IMG/VR virus record: IMGVR_UViG_3300018063_000012
Location: 37,318 to 101,317 of that record
Reading direction: 5' to 3' (one strand)
Source of the DNA: a virus
DNA: 64,000 bases
Shown here: positions 47,792 to 57,618 of the stretch, piece by piece
Layout: every line of letters starts with the position of its first letter
Position numbering within the stretch: the first letter of the stretch is position 1
Position numbers and translations under genes: made by a program
Notes under the pieces: generated by a model
Seen by the model: the letters and a program-made list of their open reading frames with translations, nothing else
Told to the model about the DNA's origin: nothing
Database searches by the model: none

Positions 47792-48110
47792 ACAAATCGA
47801 ACCAACAGGCAATCGGATTTTAATAATGGAAAAAGATTATGAACCGTATAATGAATCAAAAATAATTATAGCTGGTAACAGAGCAAAAGAAAATCGAGGC
47901 ATAATTTTACGTGTTGGTCCCGATGTGACTAACTCCAAGTTACGGCCAATGACTATAATATTTTATAATAAAGCGGGAATATCACTGACATCCGACAAAG
48001 GGACTAAATGTATGATAATAGAAGAGAGCTCAATCTGGAGTATAGAAGAACAGACCGCAACTAAAAATCCAACACCAACCGAATTAGCAACAAGCGAAGA
48101 GTTCATATAG
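47784..48110 (+). CDS. GroES-like co-chaperonin
   Basis: [10 protein letters not shown]...[10 protein letters not shown]...IIEESSI. Confidence 0.7.
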   Translation: MSRQIEPTGNRILIMEKDYEPYNESKIIIAGNRAKENRGIILRVGPDVTNSKLRPMTIIFYNKAGISLTSDKGTKCMIIEESSIWSIEEQTATKNPTPTELATSEEFI

Positions 48111-48209
48111 ATATGAGAAGAGGGTAAGCACATTTTTGACTTTGGGATTAAATCGTCGGCTTCATACGGTCAACAGAACCCAGAATACTTAGGATACTGG
48201 GCTAAAGAA

Positions 48210-48872
48210 GTGATGAAGTTTAAAGCATTTTCATTTACTGACCTATTTTCTATTTCCCATAATGTATATATTCCATTTGTGTCAACTACTAAGTGTCAGT
48301 ATATAAATGGTTCCGAATTTTATTGTAACATAGATGGACAGAGAGTTGACTTGCTATTTGTTGGATTTGATGTAACAGATGACTTAGTAAGATGGGGAAA
48401 CAACGCTAACAAAGTAAGAACTGCGTATCAAAAAGAACTGTCAGAGATACCAGACTTTCAAGATTCTTGGATTAGACCGGCCGAATTTCAAAAACATGTG
48501 ACTAAAGAAATGCTGAGAGAGTATGTTAAAACACTTCCCGACTATAGATTAACAATAAAAGAGTTTCAGAAAGCCGGCGCGAGTGTAATATTAAATAGAG
48601 TTCCTTTCGCTGAAAGTTGGAATGATAAGCTAAAGGCAGTAAAACGCGTAGGTGACTTGGGTTGTATGGGCATAGTGGTCTTCCGTGATGTTTCTAACTA
48701 TGAAGATGAAAGTGAGGAAGTCGGAGATGCTATCGACTTCTGTGGAATGCTGAAAGCGTTGCCTATTGTGGCATCTGGGATTTATGCTGATTATGAAACC
48801 TGGTCAATCTTTGGGGCCGAGGCAACAGATACTTTTGATTGGTTAACTGACAAAGTGACTTCAAGACTGTAG
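48210..48872 (+). CDS. Hypothetical protein
   Basis: 220-aa ORF. Confidence 0.55.
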   Translation: MMKFKAFSFTDLFSISHNVYIPFVSTTKCQYINGSEFYCNIDGQRVDLLFVGFDVTDDLVRWGNNANKVRTAYQKELSEIPDFQDSWIRPAEFQKHVTKEMLREYVKTLPDYRLTIKEFQKAGASVILNRVPFAESWNDKLKAVKRVGDLGCMGIVVFRDVSNYEDESEEVGDAIDFCGMLKALPIVASGIYADYETWSIFGAEATDTFDWLTDKVTSRL

Positions 48873-48884
48873 AACTAAAATAGA

Positions 48885-49172
48885 ATGGTACGGATAAGTG
48901 AAACAGTAGGACGACGTAAATATTTGCGGTCGTCAATTGCGGCTAATGAGCAAGCTGATATAAGTTGCTCTGAAACTATAGACATTCCAGATGGGATGGA
49001 TATTGAAAAGGCGCGGATGCAGTTACTATTAAAACTGGAACTACATTGTCTCTTAGGTTTCTATATTAAAGGGTATATCAAACTGAAAGGATACTTAGAG
49101 GAAAAAGCAGAGCTTGAGAAACGATTTGATGATGCGCTTGTCCTAATGAGGGGCGAGCCAATAATGGCGTAA
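48885..49172 (+). CDS. Hypothetical protein
   Basis: ORF in operon. Confidence 0.5.
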   Translation: MVRISETVGRRKYLRSSIAANEQADISCSETIDIPDGMDIEKARMQLLLKLELHCLLGFYIKGYIKLKGYLEEKAELEKRFDDALVLMRGEPIMA

Positions 49173-49189
49173 CAAACAAAGGAGAACTA

Positions 49190-49423
49190 ATGTTAAAGAA
49201 ATGCTCTAAATGCAAAGCTGAAAAGGACGAGTCTGAATTCGGAAAGAATAAGACACGACCAGACGGCAAGCAGATATGGTGCAAAGGTTGCTTTTCAGAA
49301 TATTCCTCTGGAAAGAAAGCTAAAAAAGCGGAACAGAAAGCACCAGAGGCTGAACAGCCTGCGATAGAATCCGCTGTGGCCGAAGTTTCCTCGGCTCCCG
49401 AAGTCCAAGCACAGACCGAGTAA
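49190..49423 (+). CDS. Stand-alone Cys4 zinc-finger protein
   Basis: CSKCKAEK...F...PDG...CKGC; AAGGAG SD. Confidence 0.65.
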   Translation: MLKKCSKCKAEKDESEFGKNKTRPDGKQIWCKGCFSEYSSGKKAKKAEQKAPEAEQPAIESAVAEVSSAPEVQAQTE

Positions 49424-49426
49424 CCG

Positions 49427-50008
49427 ATGGACAGAAAGTATACTCCAGAAGCTATCACAGAAGTCTATCGAGAGCTGACAGAGATAAAACAATTTTCTTT
49501 GCCAGATTCCCTTTGGGAAGGTGGACTGTCAGTGTATAAGACGTCTGTGGGTAAATTGCGGCAAAAACAAGACCGGCTGACTTCAATGGAGATGGAGATA
49601 CAGCAGGAGTACGCAAAGGTTAATCGTCAGTATTTTGTCCTTATTAAACTGATGAGGGCCGAGACCGAGAGAGCTCTAACGGATCCAGATGTAAAGATTG
49701 AACGTTCAATCTGGGCTAAGCGGAAAAAGGCAGACCAGAAAGTTCAAGCTAAATATGGAAACGATATAGACGATGTGAAAGTCTATTTAGAAGAAGTATG
49801 CGGTCTGAAAGAAGCGGTGCATCTGATTTATTCGGATTTAAGTAGGGGAAGAACTGACTTAAAGATTCAGGTGCGATTGCTGGAAATGGAAGCCGGAGCC
49901 AACGGCATGTTGAATCACCCACCAATAGGGACGCAGGGAATTTCCAAAAAACAAGTAGACGATAGTGAATGGAATAAATTAAAAGACAAAAAGGAAGAGA
50001 GCAGATGA
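49427..50008 (+). CDS. Hypothetical helical protein
   Basis: 193-aa ORF. Confidence 0.55.
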   Translation: MDRKYTPEAITEVYRELTEIKQFSLPDSLWEGGLSVYKTSVGKLRQKQDRLTSMEMEIQQEYAKVNRQYFVLIKLMRAETERALTDPDVKIERSIWAKRKKADQKVQAKYGNDIDDVKVYLEEVCGLKEAVHLIYSDLSRGRTDLKIQVRLLEMEAGANGMLNHPPIGTQGISKKQVDDSEWNKLKDKKEESR

Positions 50009-50328
50009 AGACACAAACAAAAGGAAAAACCAAGAAAACTAAATCAACGACTTTCGGTATAAAGACGATTGTGAATCATATAGCTGATAGATTTCATCAA
50101 ACTAAGTTAGTCGCTAACCGACTGGTTCAGGATGTAATTCAGCTGATGTTCGAGACTACGATTGAAGACGGTAGGTTGAGACTCCCTAATGGCTACGGGA
50201 CTTTGAAGGTAAAGAAGTTAAAAGCCCGCGTTGCGCGTAACCCCCAGACGGGCGAGTCTGTGAACGTTCCCGCCAAGACGAAGATTGTCTTCCGTCAGGG
50301 CAAGACACTTAAAACGCTCCTGTCCTAA
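50005..50328 (+). CDS. HU/IHF family DNA-binding protein
   Basis: GYGTLKV...ARVARNPQTGESVNVPAK..VFRQGKTLK. Confidence 0.92.
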   Translation: MKTQTKGKTKKTKSTTFGIKTIVNHIADRFHQTKLVANRLVQDVIQLMFETTIEDGRLRLPNGYGTLKVKKLKARVARNPQTGESVNVPAKTKIVFRQGKTLKTLLS

Positions 50329-50362
50329 TCGACAAGAGCAACTAAAACAGGAGAGATGATAG

Positions 50363-51058
50363 ATGCCTACGATAGGTTGGGATGATGAAACAGTCCGCTT
50401 GACCGATACTACCTTCTTTAAGGGTGAACTCGGACCGCAGAAGCGGATTTATGTAGCTGGATTTGAGAACTTGACTATGGAGCGCGTCCACTACTTCGAA
50501 GATTTACGGCAATACGTGAAGTGTAATTCCACTTATGAATTGCAGGATGACTCCAAGGGTGGTAAGAAGTGGGTGAAGACTAGGAAAAGCCTTTGCTGTG
50601 AAGTGAACGCCCCAGCCGCACGGTTCGCAACGGTAGTGGCTGTTTATGATGTCAACAAGAAGGGTGAATTGCGGTCGAAGGATTTTGAGTTACAGATTTG
50701 GCTGTTCTCCGGTGCCAAGTTCGGCCAACTTAAAACTCTGAATAAAGAGTTTCCTTTCAAAGACCACGATTTGCTCATTACTTGCACAGACGAAGATTTC
50801 CAGAAGCTGACTATTATGCCATCAAAGGATTCCCTGATTGCGAAGGATCCAAAGTGGTCCGCCGAGGTGACTGAAGCTTTGGACGAGTATCCGCACACCC
50901 TGGAACTGGAGAAGTTTCTGGGGAAGGCTGTGTCTGAAGAAGACTTGCAGTTGTCGCTTGGTAAGGTTGAGCCCGGTCCGGAGACTAAGTCAGAAGAAAA
51001 TGACTTGGATACTGTGATGAGTAAGATTACTAAATCAGGAACGCCAACAGCTAGTTAA
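50363..51058 (+). CDS. Putative single-stranded DNA-binding protein (gp32-like)
   Basis: His/Cys pattern (VHY, C, CC), HDLLITC, acidic C-terminus; replication context. Confidence 0.6.
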   Translation: MPTIGWDDETVRLTDTTFFKGELGPQKRIYVAGFENLTMERVHYFEDLRQYVKCNSTYELQDDSKGGKKWVKTRKSLCCEVNAPAARFATVVAVYDVNKKGELRSKDFELQIWLFSGAKFGQLKTLNKEFPFKDHDLLITCTDEDFQKLTIMPSKDSLIAKDPKWSAEVTEALDEYPHTLELEKFLGKAVSEEDLQLSLGKVEPGPETKSEENDLDTVMSKITKSGTPTAS

Positions 51059-51059
51059 T

Positions 51060-51650
51060 ATGAGATACCACCGAATGAGCGATACTGACTATCGGAAATT
51101 CATCCGGAATGCACTTGTGATGTCTTTGGGAATCATGATCTTAACGATTCTATTGGGCATAGGAGTGGCAGACGGACAAGTCATTAAAAGATATCAGGGT
51201 TCGCATAGAAGTGGTCAGATAGACAAGTTACTAAAGGAGTCCAGACGATTCATCGTGCCTTATGAATTGAGTAGAGATATGTGGTCTGAAACGTGGGATG
51301 TGGACTCGGTGCCAACCCACGTTTTTGTACTTTACTCTGTATGGGATGACTCTACGGCAGATGCGCGACTTGTAGATTCCTCTGGAGAACAGGACTCTGC
51401 CCGGGTTGCAAAAGCGATTACTACATATATGGTTGGCTTGCAAAACGTAGTCCAGCGGTTTATTCAGAACTATAAAGATACGACTGAATTCAAATATTTC
51501 GCCGTGGAGATTGGATGGGCATCTGGTTATAGCCGATTCAATTTTCATATACTTGAATTCGGATACTATAAAAGTTGCCAGTGTATATTTACTACTTGGG
51601 ATGATGTTATGGAGTTTAATAACATCATCTTCATCGGGCAAACAAACTAA
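51060..51650 (+). CDS. Exported/membrane-anchored hypothetical protein
   Basis: N-terminal hydrophobic helix ALVMSLGIMILTILLGIGVA. Confidence 0.6.
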   Translation: MRYHRMSDTDYRKFIRNALVMSLGIMILTILLGIGVADGQVIKRYQGSHRSGQIDKLLKESRRFIVPYELSRDMWSETWDVDSVPTHVFVLYSVWDDSTADARLVDSSGEQDSARVAKAITTYMVGLQNVVQRFIQNYKDTTEFKYFAVEIGWASGYSRFNFHILEFGYYKSCQCIFTTWDDVMEFNNIIFIGQTN

Positions 51651-51661
51651 GGAGATTAAAT

Positions 51662-51922
51662 ATGATGGGATTTTTTCAAGGAGTATTAGGTTTATCAGGA
51701 ACGGTCTGGATTTTGTTGGCGATACTTTTGAACGTCAAAAATCGTCTTAAAGATAGACGACAATTAAGTAAGTCAGAAAAGTATTACTACTATCTGAATC
51801 TAGCTGGCGGAATCGCACTTTTTGGATACTTAATTTCCATTGCTTCCGTAATTTATGCTTTTCTGAATGCGTGCTGGATGGGAGCATCAATTTTGGTACT
51901 GAGAAAGAAAGGCGTACTGTAA
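51662..51922 (+). CDS. Small 3-TM membrane protein (CBU_0592-like)
   Basis: YYYLNLAGG...LNACW. Confidence 0.55.
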   Translation: MMGFFQGVLGLSGTVWILLAILLNVKNRLKDRRQLSKSEKYYYYLNLAGGIALFGYLISIASVIYAFLNACWMGASILVLRKKGVL

Positions 51923-51928
51923 ACGACG

Positions 51929-52669
51929 ATGTTGAGTGTCGGTCTGGATTTATCATATCGAAGAACGGGCATATGTGTCAGTTGGCAATTTCCTGAGTGG
52001 CCCGGTCCGTGGCCGAATAACTTTCTTTCCATTACAAACATCCTTAAAACTAATCCGGGATGTGTCTTTGAACGGACATTGGCAATTAAACGCTGGGTCC
52101 GAGAGACTGTTTCACAGCATATCGGGAAACAAGAGGGTGATAACTACGGAGTGATTGTAGTAGAAGGAATAGCCCTAAGCGGTTCAACTGGTGTGATGAT
52201 GTCCGGATTGCAGGTATCAGTAGTTACTGACTTGTATGAGAAGTTTACAGAGATTCCGATACTAATCATTCCACCAACATCACTAAAAATGTATATCGGA
52301 GTTGGAGCAAGGGACGGGAAGAAACCAATCGTGCAAAAGTGTCGTGAAGAAATATGTATACCTACGCTTCCTGATGTCAGACCTATAACGCGGATTACAA
52401 CGGATGAGGCCGACGCCTTCTTTATGTCTAAACTTGGAATAGAGTTTCTTAGGGAGTGCCTAAATGATAGAGGGACGGTTAGTAAGTCTGCATATCATAC
52501 ACTATTTCAGGCAGTCAGAAATAAAAAAGGACAATTAAAAGGACTGGCGTATAGAAATAATGAATATCTGATTATGCCCCGGAAAGTGACAGCACTAACT
52601 GAAAAGATTGAACTGACGATAAGCAAACACCTACAAAAACGTAAAGCACAGATAGAAGGGACGAGATAG
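51929..52669 (+). CDS. RuvC-like Holliday junction resolvase
   Basis: GLDLSYRRTG, VVEG, PPTSLK, DEADAF. Confidence 0.8.
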   Translation: MLSVGLDLSYRRTGICVSWQFPEWPGPWPNNFLSITNILKTNPGCVFERTLAIKRWVRETVSQHIGKQEGDNYGVIVVEGIALSGSTGVMMSGLQVSVVTDLYEKFTEIPILIIPPTSLKMYIGVGARDGKKPIVQKCREEICIPTLPDVRPITRITTDEADAFFMSKLGIEFLRECLNDRGTVSKSAYHTLFQAVRNKKGQLKGLAYRNNEYLIMPRKVTALTEKIELTISKHLQKRKAQIEGTR

Positions 52670-53395
52670 ATGATTACTTATCCTAAAATTGAGTGTCTAT
52701 ATAATCGGGATAAGACTACTTTTCAAGTAATCCCTACTGAATTGCGGTGCCCAGAATTTGGACTGGTAACGGACTGGCAATATACAGAAAAGATAGACGG
52801 GCAGAATATTCGCATCTGTATCCAAGACGGGGAAATTAGTTATCGCGGACGAACTGATAACGCAGAGTTTAAAGGTAAAGGCGCAGTCTTAATTGAATTC
52901 CTGAAAACACACTTACCAATAACCAAATTCCTCAATGTATTTGACTTTCCTTTGTTTCCGGGATTACAACCGGTGCAACCGGAGATAGTTCTTTTTGGTG
53001 AAGGATATGGACCGGGGATCCAGAAAATTGGCGGACAATATCGAAAAGAAGAACCCTCATTTAGACTGTTTGACGTGAATATAGGCGGTGTCTGGCTGGA
53101 TTGGTCACAAGTAGAAGAGATAGCAACTAAGATCGATATTAAAACAGTACCGGTATTGTGGAATGAGACAGTATTGGTAGGACTTCCTAAAGATGAATGG
53201 GGACTGAAGTATATAATTGGTACTTGCGGCGACCAAGATGAAGATGGGATGAGTAAAGTCGCATATGAAGAGAGCGGTAATTTTATTCAGGCAGAAGGAA
53301 TCATCGCTCGGACTAAGCATATACTACTAAATAAATATGGACAACGTGTAATGTGGAAACTTAAATTTTCTGACTTTAGAGAGGGCAAAAGATGA
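52670..53395 (+). CDS. RNA ligase (Rnl2-like nucleotidyltransferase)
   Basis: EKIDGQN, FGEGYG, FRLFDV, EGII, KLK. Confidence 0.8.
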   Translation: MITYPKIECLYNRDKTTFQVIPTELRCPEFGLVTDWQYTEKIDGQNIRICIQDGEISYRGRTDNAEFKGKGAVLIEFLKTHLPITKFLNVFDFPLFPGLQPVQPEIVLFGEGYGPGIQKIGGQYRKEEPSFRLFDVNIGGVWLDWSQVEEIATKIDIKTVPVLWNETVLVGLPKDEWGLKYIIGTCGDQDEDGMSKVAYEESGNFIQAEGIIARTKHILLNKYGQRVMWKLKFSDFREGKR

Positions 53396-53543
53396 AGATA
53401 CCTAATTTTACAGCAGAAGATTTTGAAGTAGGAATCTGGGCGATAGGGGCAGTGTGTATTGGAATTTTGTTTAATTCAATTTGCGCAGGAGTACTTGGAT
53501 TCATAGGACTACGTTACATATGTGTTGTTGTGAGAGGATACTG

Positions 53544-54236
53544 ATGAAGTATGTGACTAAGTATGTCGATGCAACCTTTTTGAAACCATCAACTGCAGGA
53601 CTAACGGATTTCAAGTCTATTGTGGAACAGAATAAGTTTGCAAGTATAGTGACTTTTCCAATGTATGCACAAGAGTTTGATCCAGCAATAGTTAATTTGA
53701 GTTGCGTGATTGGATATCCATATGGCATAGGAGGCTTCATCGAGAAAGAAGGAGAAGTTATGGTGGCTTCCCAAGCTGGCGCTAATGAGATTGACTTTGT
53801 TTTTAATCCAGCATATATTCAGCATAGAGATAAAGAGAAATTTGACTATGAATTGGATTTGGCATTGACATCAGGATTTAATCTGGTTAAATTTATTATT
53901 GAATGCCGTGTCCTGACTGAAGAGGATGTGAAATGGGTGCTCACGGGATTGGGTCCGAGTGTTAAAGAACAAGGATTACCAGAGAACTATTTACTAAAGA
54001 ATTCGACAGGTATAGATTGGACCGGATTCAAAAGTAATTATGCCGGTCAAACATTTGATGACCTTTTAAATATGGATAGAACTGCAAAAGTAAATGGACT
54101 TGTGTATAAGTTTAAAGCCGCTGGCGGGATTAATAGTCCAATGAGTGCGGTCGATGTGTTATGGCTAGCAAAAGATAATCAGATTGATATTCAGCGTATC
54201 GGAATAAGTCACATTGACGGATTCCGGAGGGAGTAA
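53544..54236 (+). CDS. deoC: Deoxyribose-phosphate aldolase-like protein
   Basis: VIGYPYG, GANEIDFV, KFIIE, KNSTG, KAAGGI. Confidence 0.75.
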   Translation: MKYVTKYVDATFLKPSTAGLTDFKSIVEQNKFASIVTFPMYAQEFDPAIVNLSCVIGYPYGIGGFIEKEGEVMVASQAGANEIDFVFNPAYIQHRDKEKFDYELDLALTSGFNLVKFIIECRVLTEEDVKWVLTGLGPSVKEQGLPENYLLKNSTGIDWTGFKSNYAGQTFDDLLNMDRTAKVNGLVYKFKAAGGINSPMSAVDVLWLAKDNQIDIQRIGISHIDGFRRE

Positions 54237-54238
54237 AA

Positions 54239-55279
54239 GTGGCGAAACAGACTTTAAATGAAACAATTAAAATGTTACAGAAAGAATATGATTCTATAAT
54301 TCCAGACCTTACCGGGATTACCAAGATATTCCCGCATATTCAATCTGGAAGTCTTGTAGTGGATTTATTGACCGGGATTAACGGATTTCCAATTGGACGT
54401 ATTACCGAGATAGCGGGTGAATTTAGTTCAGGAAAAACTACTCTAGCACTTCATGCCGCCGCAGACATTCAAAAGATGGGACGAGTAGTTGTGTATGCGG
54501 ATTGGGAACAGGCGCTAGATGTGAACTATGCTAAAGCATTAGGGGTGGACTTAACTCCAGTGGAAGAGGGCGGAAAATTTATTTTATTGACACCGGAAAC
54601 TCTTGAAGATGGGTGGGAGGCTTTACATCACTTGCTACAACATAATGAGATTGGATTGGTAGTATTGGACTCCGTATCAGCCATGATGCCTAGAGATATG
54701 TTTAATGAGGATATGGAAGCCAGTCATCGCATAGCCCTGCAAGCATCACTGTTAAACAAGCAATGGATTAAGCTGGTGCAGGAATGTCGGAATATTGACT
54801 GCGTAGCCTTGGTGCTCAATCAGATGAGAACTACTTTTAAGACGACACCGTATGGAACGACCGTCTCAGAAGAATCAACTGGCGGTGTCGCACTTAAATT
54901 CTATTCGTCTATTCGAATCTTCCTCAAGATATCCGGACGGATTAAAGGTTCGGTTTTGAATCAGGTATCACAGATAGAAGAGGAAGGAGTGATTGGCCAG
55001 AAGGTAACGGCTACCTTTCGTAAGAATAAGATGGGGAACCCACTTCGCGCCGGTCAATTCTTTGTGAGATATGGCACGGGTGCAGATAATATTTACTCAC
55101 TGATGACTGTAGCGATTGAGAAGGACTTGATTAAACAGACTGGAGCATATTTTATTGTGCCCGGTATGGAGAAGAAAGTGCAGGGAATGGAACAGTTGAG
55201 AGCATATCTGGAAACTAATAAGGAACTATGTCAGTCATTGGCGACTGAGATAGGATGGGATACTAAATATTTCAAATGA
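54239..55279 (+). CDS. recA: RecA recombinase
   Basis: GRITEIAGEFSSGKTT, LDSVSA, NQMR, TGGVALKFYSSIRI. Confidence 0.95.
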   Translation: MAKQTLNETIKMLQKEYDSIIPDLTGITKIFPHIQSGSLVVDLLTGINGFPIGRITEIAGEFSSGKTTLALHAAADIQKMGRVVVYADWEQALDVNYAKALGVDLTPVEEGGKFILLTPETLEDGWEALHHLLQHNEIGLVVLDSVSAMMPRDMFNEDMEASHRIALQASLLNKQWIKLVQECRNIDCVALVLNQMRTTFKTTPYGTTVSEESTGGVALKFYSSIRIFLKISGRIKGSVLNQVSQIEEEGVIGQKVTATFRKNKMGNPLRAGQFFVRYGTGADNIYSLMTVAIEKDLIKQTGAYFIVPGMEKKVQGMEQLRAYLETNKELCQSLATEIGWDTKYFK

Positions 55280-56334
55280 AATATAAATTACATATCGAGA
55301 ACTTCCAGAGTATTAAAGAAACGCTCCTCGAGATAGAGGGGCTGACTATCCTATATTCACCTAAAAGTAACGTTGGGAAAAGTTCCGTAGTCCGGGCATT
55401 ACAGGGCGTACTCTTTGGTAAGTCTTTTCGGGGAATGGTCACTAAGGGGGCGAAAGCTACTAAGGTTATCTTTGGATGGGATGTGGATGATGATAAGCAC
55501 CTGATCGCCTGGAATAAAGGCGATGGGATTAATTCCGTCAAAGTAGATGGGACGATGTTTGATAAACTTGGGCAGAACTATCCTGAAGAGGTGAAGAAGC
55601 TTGGATTTAGACATCCTAATATTGAGGGAATGGAGATTCCACTACAGATACGGGAACAATTTGATAAAGCATTTCCTATGAACCTAACCTCATCTGACTT
55701 GGGAAGAGTCGTGTCGCAGATAGTTGACCTTAGTGAGATGAATGAGACTATTAAGAGAGCATTGGGAGATAAAAGTAAGTTAGCAAGCACCAAAATATTC
55801 ATACTATCTGAACTAGAATCAATGGATAAAAAGTTATCACAATTGGATAAGGTGCCAGACTTGGCGGTTGCCGTTACTCAAATGGCACCAACTGATTTAA
55901 TGGACAAAGAAAATCTTCTGAATAAACTACAAGAACTATATCTGAGATTGAAGATGCTTAAAGAGCAATCAGGTATCATACAGAAGAATATGCCAACGCT
56001 TCCAGTCATAGATAACACTATTATTAAAATTACTAACCTGGAATCAATCAAGAACTTAGCACAGAAATATCAAGTATTAAAACGTGCAGAACAAGCGGCT
56101 AAGCAGATGCCGTCCGTATCAGAACTTTATAAAATGCGGATTAACGTAAGAGATGAACTACAGACAGTAAGCAAACTAATGGAACTAAGAACATATGATA
56201 TTAATAGAGGATTTGTATATGTAGACCAGCACAGGATTGAGACGAAGATAGTAGAATGTGTTAAAGAACGAGAAGCCCTTGGTTATGTGCCCTGTGATGT
56301 ATGCTCGGGAACCGGAGTAATTCAACGAATATGA
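55276..56334 (+). CDS. SbcC/Rad50-like ATPase, N-terminal half
   Basis: LHIENFQS, SNVGKSS Walker A, Q-loop, coiled coil, terminal CDVC. Confidence 0.75.
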   Translation: MKYKLHIENFQSIKETLLEIEGLTILYSPKSNVGKSSVVRALQGVLFGKSFRGMVTKGAKATKVIFGWDVDDDKHLIAWNKGDGINSVKVDGTMFDKLGQNYPEEVKKLGFRHPNIEGMEIPLQIREQFDKAFPMNLTSSDLGRVVSQIVDLSEMNETIKRALGDKSKLASTKIFILSELESMDKKLSQLDKVPDLAVAVTQMAPTDLMDKENLLNKLQELYLRLKMLKEQSGIIQKNMPTLPVIDNTIIKITNLESIKNLAQKYQVLKRAEQAAKQMPSVSELYKMRINVRDELQTVSKLMELRTYDINRGFVYVDQHRIETKIVECVKEREALGYVPCDVCSGTGVIQRI

Positions 56335-57314
56335 ATCCTAAAATAAAAATTATATTTGTTGGAGACGTGCATCTATCCGAACGCAACCCGTTGGCGAGGA
56401 GAGATGATTATAATGAAGCCATTCTAAAAAAGTTAGAGCAAGTGTATGCACTGGCTTTAGAACAAAAGGTTAGCGCAGTAGTATTCCTTGGAGATATGTT
56501 TCACCTGAAAGCGCCGTCTAAGAACTCTTTTAAATTGGTGAACAGATTAGTTAAATACCTGAGACGCTTTTGGAGAGCTAATATTCCAGTAATACTTTTA
56601 GTAGGAAATCATGACTTAATGTATGGCGATTTAGCATCGATTCCACGACAGCCCATTGGGATATTGCGTGAGATGGACGGGATATTTACTAATCTGCGAC
56701 TCGGGGCCGAAGGAATGGATATAAACCTTACAGGACTTGATTTTTCAAATGAACCAATGGATAAGCAGTTAGAATATATTCAAAGTATTCCCCGCATAGC
56801 TAAATATAACGTCGTGTGCGTGCATACCAATATCGTTAGTGGGGATACTCTGTTTAAAGAAGCGGGGATTAAACTGGACGAGATTACTAATACAAATATT
56901 GACCTGATTGTGAATGGGCATATTCATTTCCCGACTATAATTGGACATAATAAAAGTGATATTATATATGTTCAGCCGGGTGCCATCAGCCGAGGCACAT
57001 TGGATACTGAAAATCTATCACGGGATGTGAATATAGTAATGATTGGATTCGATGAGAATGGGATTAAACATAAAGTGATTAAGTTAGACATCGAACCAGC
57101 CGAAAAGGTATTTGATTTGACTAAACGACGGAGTGAGAAAGAAGTAAGCTCTAAAGTTGAAAGCTTTGTGGAATCACTCAGCCAGTTTGCAAATGTAAAA
57201 GCTACAGGGGATGACTTCATCAGTTTTCTAGCACAGATGGATTTAGATAATAATGTTAAAGAATTGGTGACTGACTATCTTAGTGGTGGGTGTATAAACG
57301 TAGACAGTTTATAA
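56331..57314 (+). CDS. SbcD/Mre11-like metallophosphoesterase nuclease
   Basis: GDVHL, GDMFH, GNHD, GHIH, PGAISR. Confidence 0.88.
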   Translation: MNPKIKIIFVGDVHLSERNPLARRDDYNEAILKKLEQVYALALEQKVSAVVFLGDMFHLKAPSKNSFKLVNRLVKYLRRFWRANIPVILLVGNHDLMYGDLASIPRQPIGILREMDGIFTNLRLGAEGMDINLTGLDFSNEPMDKQLEYIQSIPRIAKYNVVCVHTNIVSGDTLFKEAGIKLDEITNTNIDLIVNGHIHFPTIIGHNKSDIIYVQPGAISRGTLDTENLSRDVNIVMIGFDENGIKHKVIKLDIEPAEKVFDLTKRRSEKEVSSKVESFVESLSQFANVKATGDDFISFLAQMDLDNNVKELVTDYLSGGCINVDSL

Positions 57315-57326
57315 AAAGGAGAGAAT

Positions 57327-57608
57327 GTGGCTACGAAGATAGGTCAACTAGAAGTCTGGCAGAATCTGCAAGAGCGAGAGAAAGCTTTGCAGTTAGAACT
57401 TGCCAAAATTGAGGAACGGAAGAGGGTTATAGATGAACAAATTCAATGTGTGAAGACTGAACTAACACAATTGGGAGTGAAACCAGAAGAGTTGGATATT
57501 ACTATCTTCAATCTTGAACAGCAAATTGAACTTGAACTTTCTAATTACGATAAATCTTTGACAGAAATCGAAGAAAAAGTTAAACAGGTAAAAATTACCA
57601 TAGTATAA
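57327..57608 (+). CDS. Small coiled-coil protein
   Basis: Heptad-rich 93-aa ORF with AGGAG SD. Confidence 0.6.
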   Translation: MATKIGQLEVWQNLQEREKALQLELAKIEERKRVIDEQIQCVKTELTQLGVKPEELDITIFNLEQQIELELSNYDKSLTEIEEKVKQVKITIV

Positions 57609-57618
57609 GGAGAGGATA

